A stretch of 64,000 nucleotides of DNA from Nitrospirales bacterium (GCA_965223295.1 CBDCWC010000002.1:256001-320000), one strand, 5' to 3'; shown: positions 10,662 to 21,785, numbered from the stretch's first letter. Numbers and translations are program-made. Notes: a model not told the origin generated them from the sequence alone.

Positions 10662-10850
10662 GGGACTGTTGAATAATTCAATTTCAAGTTACGAAAACGC
10701 TTTCAGTGTAGTGGAGACTTCGATGCGACGGGAATGGTCAAAAAGTCCATCCAGCAAGGCCGCAGCCATTGTTGCGCGCGGAGCGTAATGGTATGACGTG
10801 AACACGGAACAATGGCGAGAACGCTGCTGGCGGCTTTTTTCAACATTCCC
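10662..10850 (+). mobile_element. MITE-like repeat family A, copy 2
   Basis: GGGACTGTTGA...TCAACATTCCC; direct repeat TGAGG at 10657-10661 and 10851-10855. Confidence 0.85.
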
Positions 10851-10900
10851 TGAGGAGTACAAAGTGCGCCGCCAGCAATTCGGTTTAAGCGAGATGATGG

Positions 10901-12307
10901 TCAGTCCTCGTTGGAAAGAGTGGCCTTCGATAGTACTCTAGTGCTGTGTTCAATTGGTTCGAGGTCTGGAATATCTTTTCGAGGATTCACCCCAAGCTGT
11001 TTGAATTTTCTGGCAGAGGGTAAAATGCGATTTTCTAAAGACGCGACGGTCGCATTGTAGGATTCGACGGCGCGGCTGAGGGTATGACCGACTCTGGAGA
11101 AATGCTCTGCCATGGTGCCCATGCGTTCTGCTAATTCCTGGCCTAATAGACTAATGCGTTGGGAACTTTCTGCTACTTGCTCTTGTCTCCATCCAAAGGC
11201 GATGGCTCGAAGTAAGGCAATAAACGTGGTTGGTGTGGCAATGACTACTTTCTGGGTTAAGGCCGATTCGATGAGCGTTGGATCTTGTTCTGCAGCCGCT
11301 GCCAAAAAGGAATCATTAGGAATGAACAGGACTACAAATTCTGGTGCCGAGGGGAATTGCTCCCAATAGTCTTTGGATGCTAACTGACGAACATGGGATT
11401 TGACTTGGTCGGCATGTCGCTTGAGGGCTGTGGTGCGAGCTTCTTCAGTATGTGATTCCAAACTTTCTAAAAACGCGTGAAGCGGTACTTTCGAATCGAC
11501 GATGATTTCTCGTCCCGCTGGAAGCCTGACCACCATGTCAGGACGGAGTCGGCCGGTGTCGCTGGTGACGTGTTCCTGCTCATGAAAATCACAATAGGCT
11601 GACATGCCTGCGAGTTCTGCCGTCTTTCGTAATGCAATTTCACCCCATCGGCCTCGAACTTGGGGTGACCGCAAGGCATTGACGAGCTTGGAGGTCTCGG
11701 TTTGAAGTGACGACTGAGCGGCAGCCAAGTGCTTGAGTTGTTCACTCACTGAACCCAATTCACGAAGCCGTTTGTCTTCCAATGCCTTAGCTTCCTGTTG
11801 ATAGGTACGAAGAGATTCTGTGAGCGGGCTCACTAAAGCTTCAAGAGAAGTTTGGCGATGAGTGAGTTCGATGGCGGTTTCCTCTTTCAGTGCTTTGAAT
11901 TTCTCTTCGGCTAATGCTAAGAAACCCTGATTGTTTCCAGCTAAGGCTTCCGAGGCCAACGAGCGAAAAGTGTCTGAAAGGCTCTGCTTTGCCTCTTCTA
12001 ACAGTGTTCGTTGAGAGTCGAGGTGTTCTTGGGTGTTAGTTAATTTGGTTTCTGCTGAAACTTTTGCGTTTTCCATCAGACGAAATTCTTTGCAAAGCTT
12101 GTCATGCGTTTGATGCAGATCGTCCATCTGCGTTCGAAGGGCATCCAATTGAGTCTGTCTAGTGGCGAGTTGAGTTTCGAGGGCTTTCAGGGTTTCGAGC
12201 CTACGGTTTCGACAATACAAGAAGCATATGACCCAGGATAAGCCGCCAGCCGTGATAGCGCCCGCGAAGAGCCACCAAATGTGTTGGGGATCTTGAAACA
12301 CATTCAT
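10901..12307 (-). CDS. rmuC: DNA recombination protein RmuC
   Basis: N-terminal TM and coiled coil; RGRWGE, LRPDMVVRLP, IVDSKVP, LASKDYW, ATPTT motifs. Confidence 0.95.
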   Translation of the reverse strand: MNVFQDPQHIWWLFAGAITAGGLSWVICFLYCRNRRLETLKALETQLATRQTQLDALRTQMDDLHQTHDKLCKEFRLMENAKVSAETKLTNTQEHLDSQRTLLEEAKQSLSDTFRSLASEALAGNNQGFLALAEEKFKALKEETAIELTHRQTSLEALVSPLTESLRTYQQEAKALEDKRLRELGSVSEQLKHLAAAQSSLQTETSKLVNALRSPQVRGRWGEIALRKTAELAGMSAYCDFHEQEHVTSDTGRLRPDMVVRLPAGREIIVDSKVPLHAFLESLESHTEEARTTALKRHADQVKSHVRQLASKDYWEQFPSAPEFVVLFIPNDSFLAAAAEQDPTLIESALTQKVVIATPTTFIALLRAIAFGWRQEQVAESSQRISLLGQELAERMGTMAEHFSRVGHTLSRAVESYNATVASLENRILPSARKFKQLGVNPRKDIPDLEPIEHSTRVLSKATLSNED

Positions 12308-12458
12308 ATGAAGTCAATGAAGAGAACCAGGAAAGATGAATCAGAGTTCGGGGTTACCCACTTGTTTTCGAGAGCTGTTGCTTGGTTGAGTACCATTTCT
12401 GAAATTGTAAAGAGTATTTGGTCTCATGGGAACCCCATCACTGCAAGGACGCGATAAT

Positions 12459-12649
12459 GGGAGTGTTGAATCATGAAGATATCAAGGGCCATATTTTGGC
12501 AGGAAGCTGTTCGCTATCAATAGCATCGAGTCTGTTCAAAAAAGTCCGTTCAACAAGGCCGCAGCCATTGTTGCGCGCGGAGCATCCTGGTATTACGTGA
12601 GCACGGAAAAAGGGCGAGAACGCCGCTGGCAGCTTTTTTCAACAGACCC
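12459..12649 (+). mobile_element. MITE-like repeat family A, copy 3
   Basis: GGGAGTGTTGA...TCAACAGACCC; direct repeat ATAAT at 12454-12458 and 12650-12654. Confidence 0.85.
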
Positions 12650-12743
12650 ATAATTGTCGTATGCATAGACGAGTCTAGTTTTCTTGGGTACAGTAATACT
12701 AGTTGTCCCGAGTTTTGGGGGCTATGAACATTGGAGAATCATT

Positions 12744-14570
12744 ATGGAGAAAAAACATCGCGTTTCTCTGTGGTACTTCATTATCGCATTTTGGGCGCTC
12801 ATTATTCTTCAAGAAATTTATGTGGCTTCTCAACATATGGATGAGGTGCCCTATAGTCAATTTAAAGCATGGGTCCTAGACGATAACGTTGCGGAAGTTT
12901 CCATTACGGACACCATCATCCATGGAAAATTGAAAGAAGGCCGAGATGGAGACGGCTCTCAATGGTTTCAAACTGTCCGTGTGGATGATCCAGACCTCGT
13001 TCGACTGCTAGAGGAAAAGCATGTGGAATTTGCTGGGGTGGTGATCAGTACACTCTGGAAAGATGTAGCGTCTTGGGTTGTGCCGATCTTAATTTTTGCC
13101 GCGATCTGGTTCTGGATTTTACGAAAGGTTGGACAGGGTGCTGGTGGCGGGTTTATGCGAATAGGAAAATCCAAAGCCAAGGTCTATATGGAAAAAGATA
13201 TTCCGACGCGCATGAAGGATGTGGCTGGTGTGGATGAAGCAAGGGAAGAACTGTTGGAGGTCGTGGAATTTTTACGTACACCCGAAAAATATACAAAAAT
13301 TGGCGGGAAGATTCCCAAGGGAGTGCTTCTCGTCGGTCCACCCGGCACTGGAAAAACCTTGCTAGCCAAGGCGATTGCCGGAGAAGCTGGGGTGCCATTT
13401 TTTTCTATTAGCGGATCGGAATTTGTGGAAATGTTTGTGGGGGTGGGTGCAGCGCGTGTGAGGGACTTGTTCGAACAAGCTCAGGCGAAGGCGCCTTGTA
13501 TTATTTTTGTTGATGAATTGGATGCGTTGGGAAAGGCCCGGGGAACCGGTCCCATGATGCATGAGGAGCGGGAGCAGACTTTGAACCAACTGTTGGTGGA
13601 AATGGATGGGTTTGACCCTCGGGTCGGCGTGATTCTCTTAGCAGCTACGAATCGTCCAGAAATTTTGGACCAAGCCTTACTCCGTGCTGGGCGGTTTGAC
13701 CGGCAAGTGGTTGTTGATCGTCCTGATCGCGCTGGCCGGGAGGCCATTTTGGCCATTCATACCCAATCTATCAAGGTCGACTCTGAGGTGGACTTGGAAA
13801 AGATTGCGGCGATGACGCCAGGAATGGTTGGAGCCGACTTAGCGAACGTGGTGAATGAAGCCGCATTATTGGCCATTCGGCGTGGTCGAGAGACTGCGCA
13901 AGAAGAGGATTTTCAGGAAGCGGTTGAGCGAGTGATTGCTGGACTGGAAAAGAAGAACCGTGTTCTAAATGAAGAGGAACGTCGGAGAGTGGCCCATCAT
14001 GAAGTAGGGCATGCATTAGTGGCGTTGTCGTTGCCTGGTTCAGATCCCGTGCATAAAATTTCTATCATTCCTCGAGGTATTGCGGCTCTAGGGTATACGC
14101 TGCAATTGCCGACTGAAGATCGGTACCTCTTAACAAGAACAGAGCTAGAAAATCGTATAGCTGTACTGTTAGGGGGGCGTATTGCGGAGGAGTTAGTGTT
14201 TGGAGAAGCTTCCACGGGGGCCGCGGATGATTTACAGAAAGCCACGAGTATCGCGAAGCGAATGGTTAAAGATTATGGCATGAGTGAAAAGCTAGGGACG
14301 GTGAGTTTGGATGAATCAATACAACCGACATTTTTAAAAACAGCCGAACCTCATGCTGTCCCGACCTATTCCGAACATACGGCTCAGGAAATTGATTCAG
14401 AAGTGCGGCGGCTCATTGATGAACAAGGGCATCGTGTCCGAACGATGCTGACAAACCTTCAGTCTGTCTTGTTGTCGGCTGCCGAGCAACTTTTAAAGGC
14501 GGAAGTGATGACCGGTGATGAATTGCAGGCGCTTCTCTCGCCTAATAAAAAAGAACCCACTCTTCAATGA
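12744..14570 (+). CDS. ftsH: ATP-dependent zinc metalloprotease FtsH
   Basis: Two TM helices, Walker A GPPGTGKT, Walker B FVDELD, SRH, HEVGH zinc motif. Confidence 0.96.
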   Translation: MEKKHRVSLWYFIIAFWALIILQEIYVASQHMDEVPYSQFKAWVLDDNVAEVSITDTIIHGKLKEGRDGDGSQWFQTVRVDDPDLVRLLEEKHVEFAGVVISTLWKDVASWVVPILIFAAIWFWILRKVGQGAGGGFMRIGKSKAKVYMEKDIPTRMKDVAGVDEAREELLEVVEFLRTPEKYTKIGGKIPKGVLLVGPPGTGKTLLAKAIAGEAGVPFFSISGSEFVEMFVGVGAARVRDLFEQAQAKAPCIIFVDELDALGKARGTGPMMHEEREQTLNQLLVEMDGFDPRVGVILLAATNRPEILDQALLRAGRFDRQVVVDRPDRAGREAILAIHTQSIKVDSEVDLEKIAAMTPGMVGADLANVVNEAALLAIRRGRETAQEEDFQEAVERVIAGLEKKNRVLNEEERRRVAHHEVGHALVALSLPGSDPVHKISIIPRGIAALGYTLQLPTEDRYLLTRTELENRIAVLLGGRIAEELVFGEASTGAADDLQKATSIAKRMVKDYGMSEKLGTVSLDESIQPTFLKTAEPHAVPTYSEHTAQEIDSEVRRLIDEQGHRVRTMLTNLQSVLLSAAEQLLKAEVMTGDELQALLSPNKKEPTLQ

Positions 14571-14587
14571 ATCAGGCTGTCTAGTCT

Positions 14588-15520
14588 TTAGTGGTTACCT
14601 TTCCCTTGATCTTCGTGGGTTACTTGAATATCAATGACGGCGCCCTCTCGCTCTAAGGCGCGAGTGCCAAATCGATAGGTTGGCGACATGGTATTGTGGG
14701 CCATGCGCCGGTCTCGCGGTTCTGGAAATTCCATGCGAACCTTCATGTCTTCATTGCCAAGCACGACGACTTTCATATCCAAAAAGCCTGCCATGCCTGG
14801 ATGCCAGGCGACCAATTTATATACCCCTTCAGGAATGTCGGGGAGTGTGAAGTTTCCATGTTCATCTGTCACCGCGTAATACGGATTGTAAACGGCCAGT
14901 CCCCAAGCTTGCATGTACGGATGAAAGCCACATTCTATAAAAAATGTTCTGCGGCCCTGGGTAAAGTGAATGGTGTCGATCATGGCTTCGCCTGGTTTGT
15001 GTTGATGATCTTTAAGAAGATCTTTAGGATGAAAAGGGTTGAGTCGAAGTGGCCGGTGAAGCATGACTTTGGCTCCAAAGGGAGCGGTTTCATAGATCTG
15101 GACATCATGGATGATTGGGTCCATGTTTTTGATATGAATGGGTTGATGATCGCGAACCACCAGGAGCCAGGGATCGAACACACAATCTTCGACCACCACT
15201 TGGGAGGGTGGGATTTCAGAAAAAGGTTTGCCTTGATGGATGCCTTCCAAGAACACTACCGTATTTTTTAATCCGCCATCGGAGGCAACATGAAATTCAT
15301 CGATTAAGCGCCAGCCGTCGCCGGTTGAAATGCGCCCGCAAAATTCGGTGTTATTGTTGGTGATGAGTGAGAAGGCCAAGGGAGGCGGTTCTTTACCAGC
15401 GAGCACGATTTTACCGGAAATTGAGCCTCCATTTGAGACAGAAGTTTCCTTATAGGCCAAAGTTGGGGAAGAAAGGCTAATCGTCAATGCGATGGTGAAA
15501 AATCCTAACGCGATTTTCAT
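14588..15520 (-). CDS. Exported cupredoxin-like / carboxypeptidase-regulatory-like protein; paralog of 55205-56125
   Basis: Signal peptide; NMDPIIHD and ECGFHPYM motifs; colinear with the 55205 protein. Confidence 0.75.
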   Translation of the reverse strand: MKIALGFFTIALTISLSSPTLAYKETSVSNGGSISGKIVLAGKEPPPLAFSLITNNNTEFCGRISTGDGWRLIDEFHVASDGGLKNTVVFLEGIHQGKPFSEIPPSQVVVEDCVFDPWLLVVRDHQPIHIKNMDPIIHDVQIYETAPFGAKVMLHRPLRLNPFHPKDLLKDHQHKPGEAMIDTIHFTQGRRTFFIECGFHPYMQAWGLAVYNPYYAVTDEHGNFTLPDIPEGVYKLVAWHPGMAGFLDMKVVVLGNEDMKVRMEFPEPRDRRMAHNTMSPTYRFGTRALEREGAVIDIQVTHEDQGKGNH

Positions 15521-15798
15521 GGATCAATCCTTTGGTAAATCAGATAAAAAAGCTCTTACACACAAGCTGCTATTCTAAGGAATTCCTAAACCTCTTTTCC
15601 AGTCTTCTGTGCTGTCCCAAACATACAGAATGGATTCCTCAGTTTTAGGGCAACCCAGAACGTCTAGGCTCTAAGTCGTGAGTTTGACGCTTTCAGCGAC
15701 ATCTCTAGCAATTAGAGCTGTCGCGCTTTTCCCCATATTCCAATCACGTTTTCCATAATGGACTTGTATTATAAGACGTTTTGGCCACTTCCCTGTAG

Positions 15799-15989
15799 GG
15801 AACTGTTGAATAATGAAGATATCAAAGGTCGTATTTCATCACGAAGGCCTAGACAATCAGAAGCTTCGGGTCGGTTCAAAAAAGTCCGTCCAGCAGGGCC
15901 ACAGCCATTTTTGGGCGCGGAGCGTACCGGCAATACGTGAGTACGGAGCAATGGCGAGAACCTCGCTGGTGGCTTTTTTCAACCGACCC
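15799..15989 (+). mobile_element. MITE-like repeat family A, copy 4
   Basis: GGAACTGTTGA...TCAACCGACCC with full core; no clear target duplication. Confidence 0.8.
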
Positions 15990-16021
15990 CTCTTGTACTT
16001 GTTCGACTGAATGTAAATATA

Positions 16022-16037
16022 AGCATATCTCTTGCCA
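16022..16037 (-). promoter_or_regulatory. Putative sigma54 promoter facing gene 14588-15520
   Basis: Minus strand reads TGGCAAGAGATATGCT (GG-N10-GC). Confidence 0.55.
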
Positions 16038-16147
16038 AATCTTTAACAGAGCTAGATGTACCCTATGTTTTCTTGATTCAGCGAAACGGTAAGAAATCAA
16101 TCTCGACTATGAAAAGGCCTACAGAGCCATGATGACTTCAATTCGAC

Positions 16148-16267
16148 GGGAATGGTCAGAAAAGTCCGTCTAGCCAGGCCGCAGCCACTTTGGTGCGCGG
16201 AGCGCTAGGACTACGTGAGCACGGAAAAATGGCGAGAACGTCGCTGGTGGCTTTTTTCAGCATTCCC
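16148..16267 (+). mobile_element. MITE-like repeat family A, copy 5 (core; left arm degenerate)
   Basis: GGGAATGGTCAGAAAAG...TTTTTTCAGCATTCCC, same end subtype as the core of copy 2. Confidence 0.75.
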
Positions 16268-16314
16268 GAAGGCAAAAGTGAAACGAAGAAAGCCATGAAG
16301 AAAGGAGACAAACC

Positions 16315-17186
16315 ATGAAATATTTATTGGCTGTTGACGGATCCGATCAATCGGTGGATGCCATCCGGGTGTTTGAAGCCTTAGCTCCTGCTGAAAGCTT
16401 GAAGGTTCTGCATGTTGTACATGTTCCAGGTGTTCCCTATCCGGCCGTTGGTGCAAATGTAGCCCAAGACCTAGCGATGACTGTGGAAAGCATGATAGGG
16501 AAGAAGGAGAACGTGTGTTGGATCAAGCGGTGTCTCTTCTGCCTCTGCACCCAGGCGCCGTTTCCAAACAACTTGAAATAGGCAAGCCTGCTGAATCTAT
16601 CCTCAGTGTGGCTGAAGAAGAACCCCCCGATTTGATTGTCATGGGTGCCCGTGGGCTAGGACGTCTCCAAGAACAGATCTTTGGAAGTGTCTCGCATCGG
16701 GTTATGACGCATGCCAATTGTTCGAATTTTCTTGTTAAACAGCCCGTTCGGACCATTAAGAATTTGTTGGTTCCCATTGATGGGCAGGAGGACGCCGATG
16801 CCATACTGAGCTTTTTCAAGAAAAATCCATTTAGAGAGGCCTGCTCGGTCATGGTTCTCCACGTGATTCCTGTGATGGACCCAATATGGCCGGTGGGGGC
16901 TATGATCCCACAAGATTTCCGCAAAGAAATGAAGAGCTATGCGGAAAAGTTTACACAGGTGTTGTGTGGGGAGTTGGAACGATTGGGGCATCAAGCCAAC
17001 GGAGTCGCTGTTGAGGGAGCTCCCTCGGTTACGATTGTCGAGGAAGTCAAAAAAACCATGCCCGATCTTCTTGTGATGCGACCCCACCGTCACTCAACAG
17101 TCGGTCGATTTTTCCTGGGAAGTGTCTCACATTCTGTCGTTCATCATACTGACTGCTCGATTGTATTGGTCCGTGATAGTGATTAA
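16315..17186 (+). pseudogene. Tandem-domain universal stress protein split by a frameshift near 16485-16500
   Basis: MKYLLAVDGS start in one frame; EEGERVLDQ...IVMGARG...GSVSH continues in another frame; homologous to intact 19114-19977. Confidence 0.8.
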
Positions 17187-17483
17187 TTTGAAGGGAAATC
17201 TCTGAAGCAACGTTCAGAAATAGTAGGTGAGTATGGGAAAACTACAAGTGTATGTTAAAGGCAGAAAGTTTGATGAATATCGGACGGTATCTCCTGGTTA
17301 CGTAGGTTTCGGAATGTTGGTCTTTTTCTATCTTGGTATGGGAGCCACTGTCATGACATGGTCATTCCCAAAACATGATATGTGTTCTGAAATGCTGATG
17401 TTTGTAGGTCAGTGGCCCTTCGCGTCTGAATACAAAAAAACTTTCGCAGAAGGTTTTCCCCTTATTAAGAACACACTGTTCTG

Positions 17484-18467
17484 TCATAAGCTCGAATCTT
17501 GAGGTGATGTGGTTGTAGACGAAGCCTGTTCATCTTCTTTGGCTGAATGATGCCCTCCCTCAAATTTTTGGCTTTTGACTGTAAGGGTTGGGTAAGGGCT
17601 GTGCTGAAGCACCTTGGCTGTAGTGCTGCCAATGATGAGTCGCGGTAGACCTTTTCGTGCATGTGTCCCCATGATAAGCAAATGGGCTTCTTGTGAGGCG
17701 CAGACTTTTAGAATGCTCTCGAGCGCTGGTCTCTCGACTAGCTCAAATCGCGCGGACAATCCTTCCTTGATGAGCACCTCAGTTAAATTTTGTAGCCGTA
17801 GTTCAATTTTTTTTCTATTGGCTTTGTCCTCCAACGGATGTGTCAGCGAAAAGTCTAAGCTATAAGACAAAGGCTCAATGGCATACATGAGAGTCAGGGA
17901 AGCATCAAACCATTTTGCTATTTGTACCCCATATTCGTATGCATCGATGGAGCAATCGGAGAAATCTATAGGTAACACGATCTGTTTTGGTTTTATCGCA
18001 AGAGTATGTAGCCCAGCTGTTTCCTCTGGACTTCGTTCTGGAATTGTTAATACGGGGCATGGTGCTTGTTGAACCGTCCGTTCAGCCACGCTACCAAATA
18101 TGACACGACTAAGGCCGGCCCATCCGTGTGTGCCGGTAATAATTAAATCGGTCTTGCGGTCTCGAGCAAGGGAGCAAATTTGTGCTGAGGCCAGGCCGGT
18201 TCGAATTTCTGTTGCAGCTTGGGGAACATGTTTGGTCGCTGCTCTCAGTAGTTCATTTAGGTGATCTTCGGCCACCTTACGTTGCTCATCTACATAGCGT
18301 TGGGCGATACCAGTGTCGATGTCCAATCCTGGTTGAAGAGCTAATCCATGAAACAGGGTCAGTTCTGCTCCCAAAAAATTGGCCCATTCTATTGCATATT
18401 GAAAGGCCGAAGCCGAGCAAGGTGAAAAATCTGTGGCGAAGAGGATATGGGTTACGATCTTAACCAT
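17484..18467 (-). CDS. Universal stress protein, two USP domains
   Basis: ILFATDFS, LIITGTHG..GSVAE, VLPIDFS, LIMGTH..GST motifs. Confidence 0.92.
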   Translation of the reverse strand: MVKIVTHILFATDFSPCSASAFQYAIEWANFLGAELTLFHGLALQPGLDIDTGIAQRYVDEQRKVAEDHLNELLRAATKHVPQAATEIRTGLASAQICSLARDRKTDLIITGTHGWAGLSRVIFGSVAERTVQQAPCPVLTIPERSPEETAGLHTLAIKPKQIVLPIDFSDCSIDAYEYGVQIAKWFDASLTLMYAIEPLSYSLDFSLTHPLEDKANRKKIELRLQNLTEVLIKEGLSARFELVERPALESILKVCASQEAHLLIMGTHARKGLPRLIIGSTTAKVLQHSPYPTLTVKSQKFEGGHHSAKEDEQASSTTTSPQDSSL

Positions 18468-18618
18468 TGAATCTCTCCGGGCTTCAGTGTGGAAAGTAGA
18501 AAGTGAGAAGTACAATGTTAGAACTTAGGAGTACACACAGGTCCTAACTGGAAATTAAATTCTTATCTCCTAATCCCTTGCTCTTCTTCCTTTTTTCTTC
18601 TCAATTTTCACGCACTGG

Positions 18619-19044
18619 CTATACGGCGTCCACCACTAAGAGCAAGATCTCGCCTTTCATATCCTGATGAATAGAGCAATGGAATTCAAAGCGGCCAGGT
18701 TGATCAAGCACTAGTCGGAAAGAGACCTCTTGCCCAGGGTCTATGTACGCACCTTCGACCCCTTTGCCATAAGTGACTACCCCTTGACTCTCTACATGCG
18801 TGAGTATGTTAAAAAACATTAACGATCCGAAGTCATGCCGTACATTATCCAAGTTTTTTACTCGGATGATGGTATCTGTATGAAGTTGAAGCGGCATTTG
18901 AGAAGTCTGAAATGTATAGTCTTTAATCGTCACGCTGACTTCTTGTTGTGACGGGGTATCTGAAAGTCCAATGCCTCCCATCAGAACCGTTCCCAAAACT
19001 ACGAGGGCCAATCCGAGGGCCGTTTGATTCCAATAGTGTTTCAT
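18619..19044 (-). CDS. Exported cupredoxin-domain protein
   Basis: Signal peptide; NLDNVRHDF and PGRFEFHCSIHQDMKG type-1 Cu ligand pattern. Confidence 0.85.
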   Translation of the reverse strand: MKHYWNQTALGLALVVLGTVLMGGIGLSDTPSQQEVSVTIKDYTFQTSQMPLQLHTDTIIRVKNLDNVRHDFGSLMFFNILTHVESQGVVTYGKGVEGAYIDPGQEVSFRLVLDQPGRFEFHCSIHQDMKGEILLLVVDAV

Positions 19045-19113
19045 GCGCGGAATCTCCTATTGATTCATATGTGTAAATGAGAAGCGAACATTATGTGAGC
19101 TTTCAATCTTTTA

Positions 19114-19977
19114 TTATCGAACAATAAGGACAGGACAAGGAGCTTGATGCAGTACAGTATGTGAGACGCTCCCCATAAAAAATCTGGCCAGGCCCCCTCG
19201 TCCATGAGTCCCCATCACGATCATGTCAGCTTGAGAGGCTTTGGTTTGTTCGAGAACGGCAAAAGCTGGATCTCCCATTCCCACTTTGGTCTCGGCTGCA
19301 TAGCCCATTTGGGCCAGTTTATCTGTGACGGATTTCATGCGTTCTTGCGCCTCTTCAATCGCGTGAGTTTCAAGAAGCTTTGATTGCCCTAAGGTGACTG
19401 GCCAGGCGAGTTGAGGTTGAGGCCAGACGGCGAAGACATCAATAGCGACGGCTTTACGAAACGGTTGGAGTGCTAAAAATTGCAAGGCGGCGTTCGTGTC
19501 TTCTTCTCCTTCAATGGGCAAGAGAATTTTTGTTAATTGAGTGAGAGGTTCTTTGAGAATCATGGTCGAGCAGGGAGCATGCATCAAGACTCGATGTGAT
19601 GTGCTTCCCAGGATCAGTTCTTTGACTTGGCCGAGGCCTCTCGCTCCCAGAATAATCAAATCAGATTTGGCCGACTGTGTTGTTTCGAGAATCACATTCA
19701 CGGGATGGCCTTCTTGATGAATTTTTTGGACATGAGAAATATCATGTGGAAGTTGTTCCTGAGCCTCTGTCAGAATTCGTTCTCCTTCTTCCCGTAATTT
19801 TTTTTTCATATTTGACTGAAATTCATCGCGGAGTTCAGGGGTTACCATCGCGAAGTTAATGTCAGGAACGTTCAGAGCGTGAACAAGAACTAGTTCTTCG
19901 GGGGGCGTCAGAAGTCCAAGGGCTTGTACTGCATATCTTGAATTGGTCGAGCCATCAACTGCAGCAATGATCTTCAA
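19114..19977 (-). CDS. Universal stress protein, two USP domains
   Basis: IIAAVDGS, LIILGARG..GSTS, IVMGTHGRGG..GSVS motifs. Confidence 0.93.
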   Translation of the reverse strand: MKIIAAVDGSTNSRYAVQALGLLTPPEELVLVHALNVPDINFAMVTPELRDEFQSNMKKKLREEGERILTEAQEQLPHDISHVQKIHQEGHPVNVILETTQSAKSDLIILGARGLGQVKELILGSTSHRVLMHAPCSTMILKEPLTQLTKILLPIEGEEDTNAALQFLALQPFRKAVAIDVFAVWPQPQLAWPVTLGQSKLLETHAIEEAQERMKSVTDKLAQMGYAAETKVGMGDPAFAVLEQTKASQADMIVMGTHGRGGLARFFMGSVSHTVLHQAPCPVLIVR

Positions 19978-20040
19978 AATAATATCCTTTCCTTTGAATC
20001 GGAGGAACTCCGCCCATGTCTAACCCTAGCCTAAAAGATT

Positions 20041-20056
20041 AGCAAGAGGAGTGCCA
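20041..20056 (-). promoter_or_regulatory. Sigma54 promoter of the usp-cupredoxin-usp operon
   Basis: Minus strand reads TGGCACTCCTCTTGCT, matching TGGCAC-N5-TTGC; about 64 nt upstream of the 19977 start; divergent from a sigma54 activator. Confidence 0.85.
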
Positions 20057-20329
20057 GAAAAAGGTAATCCAATGGGAGGCCGCGACCTTAAGAAAAAGGG
20101 TGAAAAGCTCCAACCGACCCATCATAGAAATTCATTTTTTCTCGAATTGATCGGAGCACCGTTCGAGTTGGTTGCTATCAGCGATGTATATTGCTACAGA
20201 AGGTAACATCGCCCTGACGCAAAATGCTACAATGGCGAATTCTTAAACGAATGTTTTCTATCCTTCATTGGTCTACTTTGGGTGGATCAATGATGGGTAA
20301 ATGACTACTTTCAGATAGAGAATCTTTTC

Positions 20330-21706
20330 ATGACGCATGATCCTCCTTCAATTTTAGTAGTTGATGATGAACGGGAAATGCGGCAACTGTTACAGGATAT
20401 TTTGGAAGAGGATCAGTATCGTGTTGTGGCCGCTTCAGATGGAGAAGAGGCTCTGGCGCGATTGAAATTGGAACAATTTCCAGTTGTGGTCACCGATATC
20501 CGGATGAAAGGAATGGATGGTTTTGGCCTCTTGGAACATGTTGTTCAAAGGTACCCTGAATCCAATTTGATCATGATGACGGCGTTTGGTTCAGTCGAGT
20601 CAGCCGTTGAGGCGATGAAGCATGGAGCATTCGATTACCTCACCAAACCGGTGAAGGCCGATGAATTATTGGTGACAGTGAAAAAAGCGCTCCGAGAGGC
20701 TCTGCTTCGTCAAGAGGTTCAGCAATTACGCCAACAGGTCAGTCGGGAATTTGCCTTTGATCAAATTCTTGGCAAAAGCAAGCCCATGCGAGAAATTTTT
20801 GATCTTATTCGTCGCGTTGCGGATTCGCAGACGAATATCCTCATCACAGGAGAGAGTGGAACGGGGAAAGAACTTGTGGCGAAAGCTCTTCACTTTAATA
20901 GCCAACGAAAATCAAAGCCCTTTGTACCCGTCAATTGTGCAGCTATTCCTGAGCAGTTATTAGAAAGTGAACTGTTTGGTCATGTGCGGGGTGCTTTTAC
21001 AGACGCGAAATTGGACAAGCGTGGGTTATTTGAGGAAGCGCATGAAGGGACCCTATTCCTGGATGAGGTCAGTGAATTACCTATGATGTTACAAGCCAAG
21101 TTGTTGCGTGCTGTGCAGGAACGGGAAATCCGACGGGTTGGCGCAACGAAACCGACGGCAATCAATGTTCGTCTCATTGCAGCCACAAATGTCATGTTGG
21201 CCGAGGAAGTCATGGCCAAGCGGTTTCGAGAGGATTTGTACTATCGATTGAATGTGATTGAACTGTGTCTTCCGCCGCTTCGCGAGCGTAAGGAAGATAT
21301 TCCGTTGCTTGTTCACGGCCTTTTGCATAAAAGCGTAACGGCTCAGCATAAACACGTTGAGGGGATTGCTGATTCGGCCCTGGCCAGATTGATTGATTAT
21401 CAATGGCCTGGGAATGTTCGAGAATTAGAAAATATAGTGGAGCGTGCTGCAACGTTAACCCAGGGACCGAAAATATCATTAGAGGATTTGCCGCCAAATA
21501 TTCAGGCGATTCAAGGTGAAGGGCCATTTGTTGAAGATGCGGTTGAGCGAACCCTGCCTCTCGCACAAGTGGAAACGCATTATATTCGACGGGTGCTGGA
21601 GAAAATGGGCGGGAATAAATATCAAACAGCCAAAGTCTTAGGCATTGATCGCAAAACCCTTTATCGTAAGCTGGCAGAAATGGAAGAAGAAAAAAGTGAG
21701 AAGTAA
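20330..21706 (+). CDS. Sigma54-dependent response regulator (NtrC/AtoC family)
   Basis: REC domain, GESGTGKE, GAFTDA, WPGNVREL, C-terminal HTH (LGIDRKTLYRKL). Confidence 0.95.
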   Translation: MTHDPPSILVVDDEREMRQLLQDILEEDQYRVVAASDGEEALARLKLEQFPVVVTDIRMKGMDGFGLLEHVVQRYPESNLIMMTAFGSVESAVEAMKHGAFDYLTKPVKADELLVTVKKALREALLRQEVQQLRQQVSREFAFDQILGKSKPMREIFDLIRRVADSQTNILITGESGTGKELVAKALHFNSQRKSKPFVPVNCAAIPEQLLESELFGHVRGAFTDAKLDKRGLFEEAHEGTLFLDEVSELPMMLQAKLLRAVQEREIRRVGATKPTAINVRLIAATNVMLAEEVMAKRFREDLYYRLNVIELCLPPLRERKEDIPLLVHGLLHKSVTAQHKHVEGIADSALARLIDYQWPGNVRELENIVERAATLTQGPKISLEDLPPNIQAIQGEGPFVEDAVERTLPLAQVETHYIRRVLEKMGGNKYQTAKVLGIDRKTLYRKLAEMEEEKSEK

Positions 21707-21785
21707 GCCGAAAAGAAGTCAAAAACTCCATTCTTGACTCCTTGCTATTCGCACCTGACTCATTTCTCTGGCCAGACTTTCTGAA

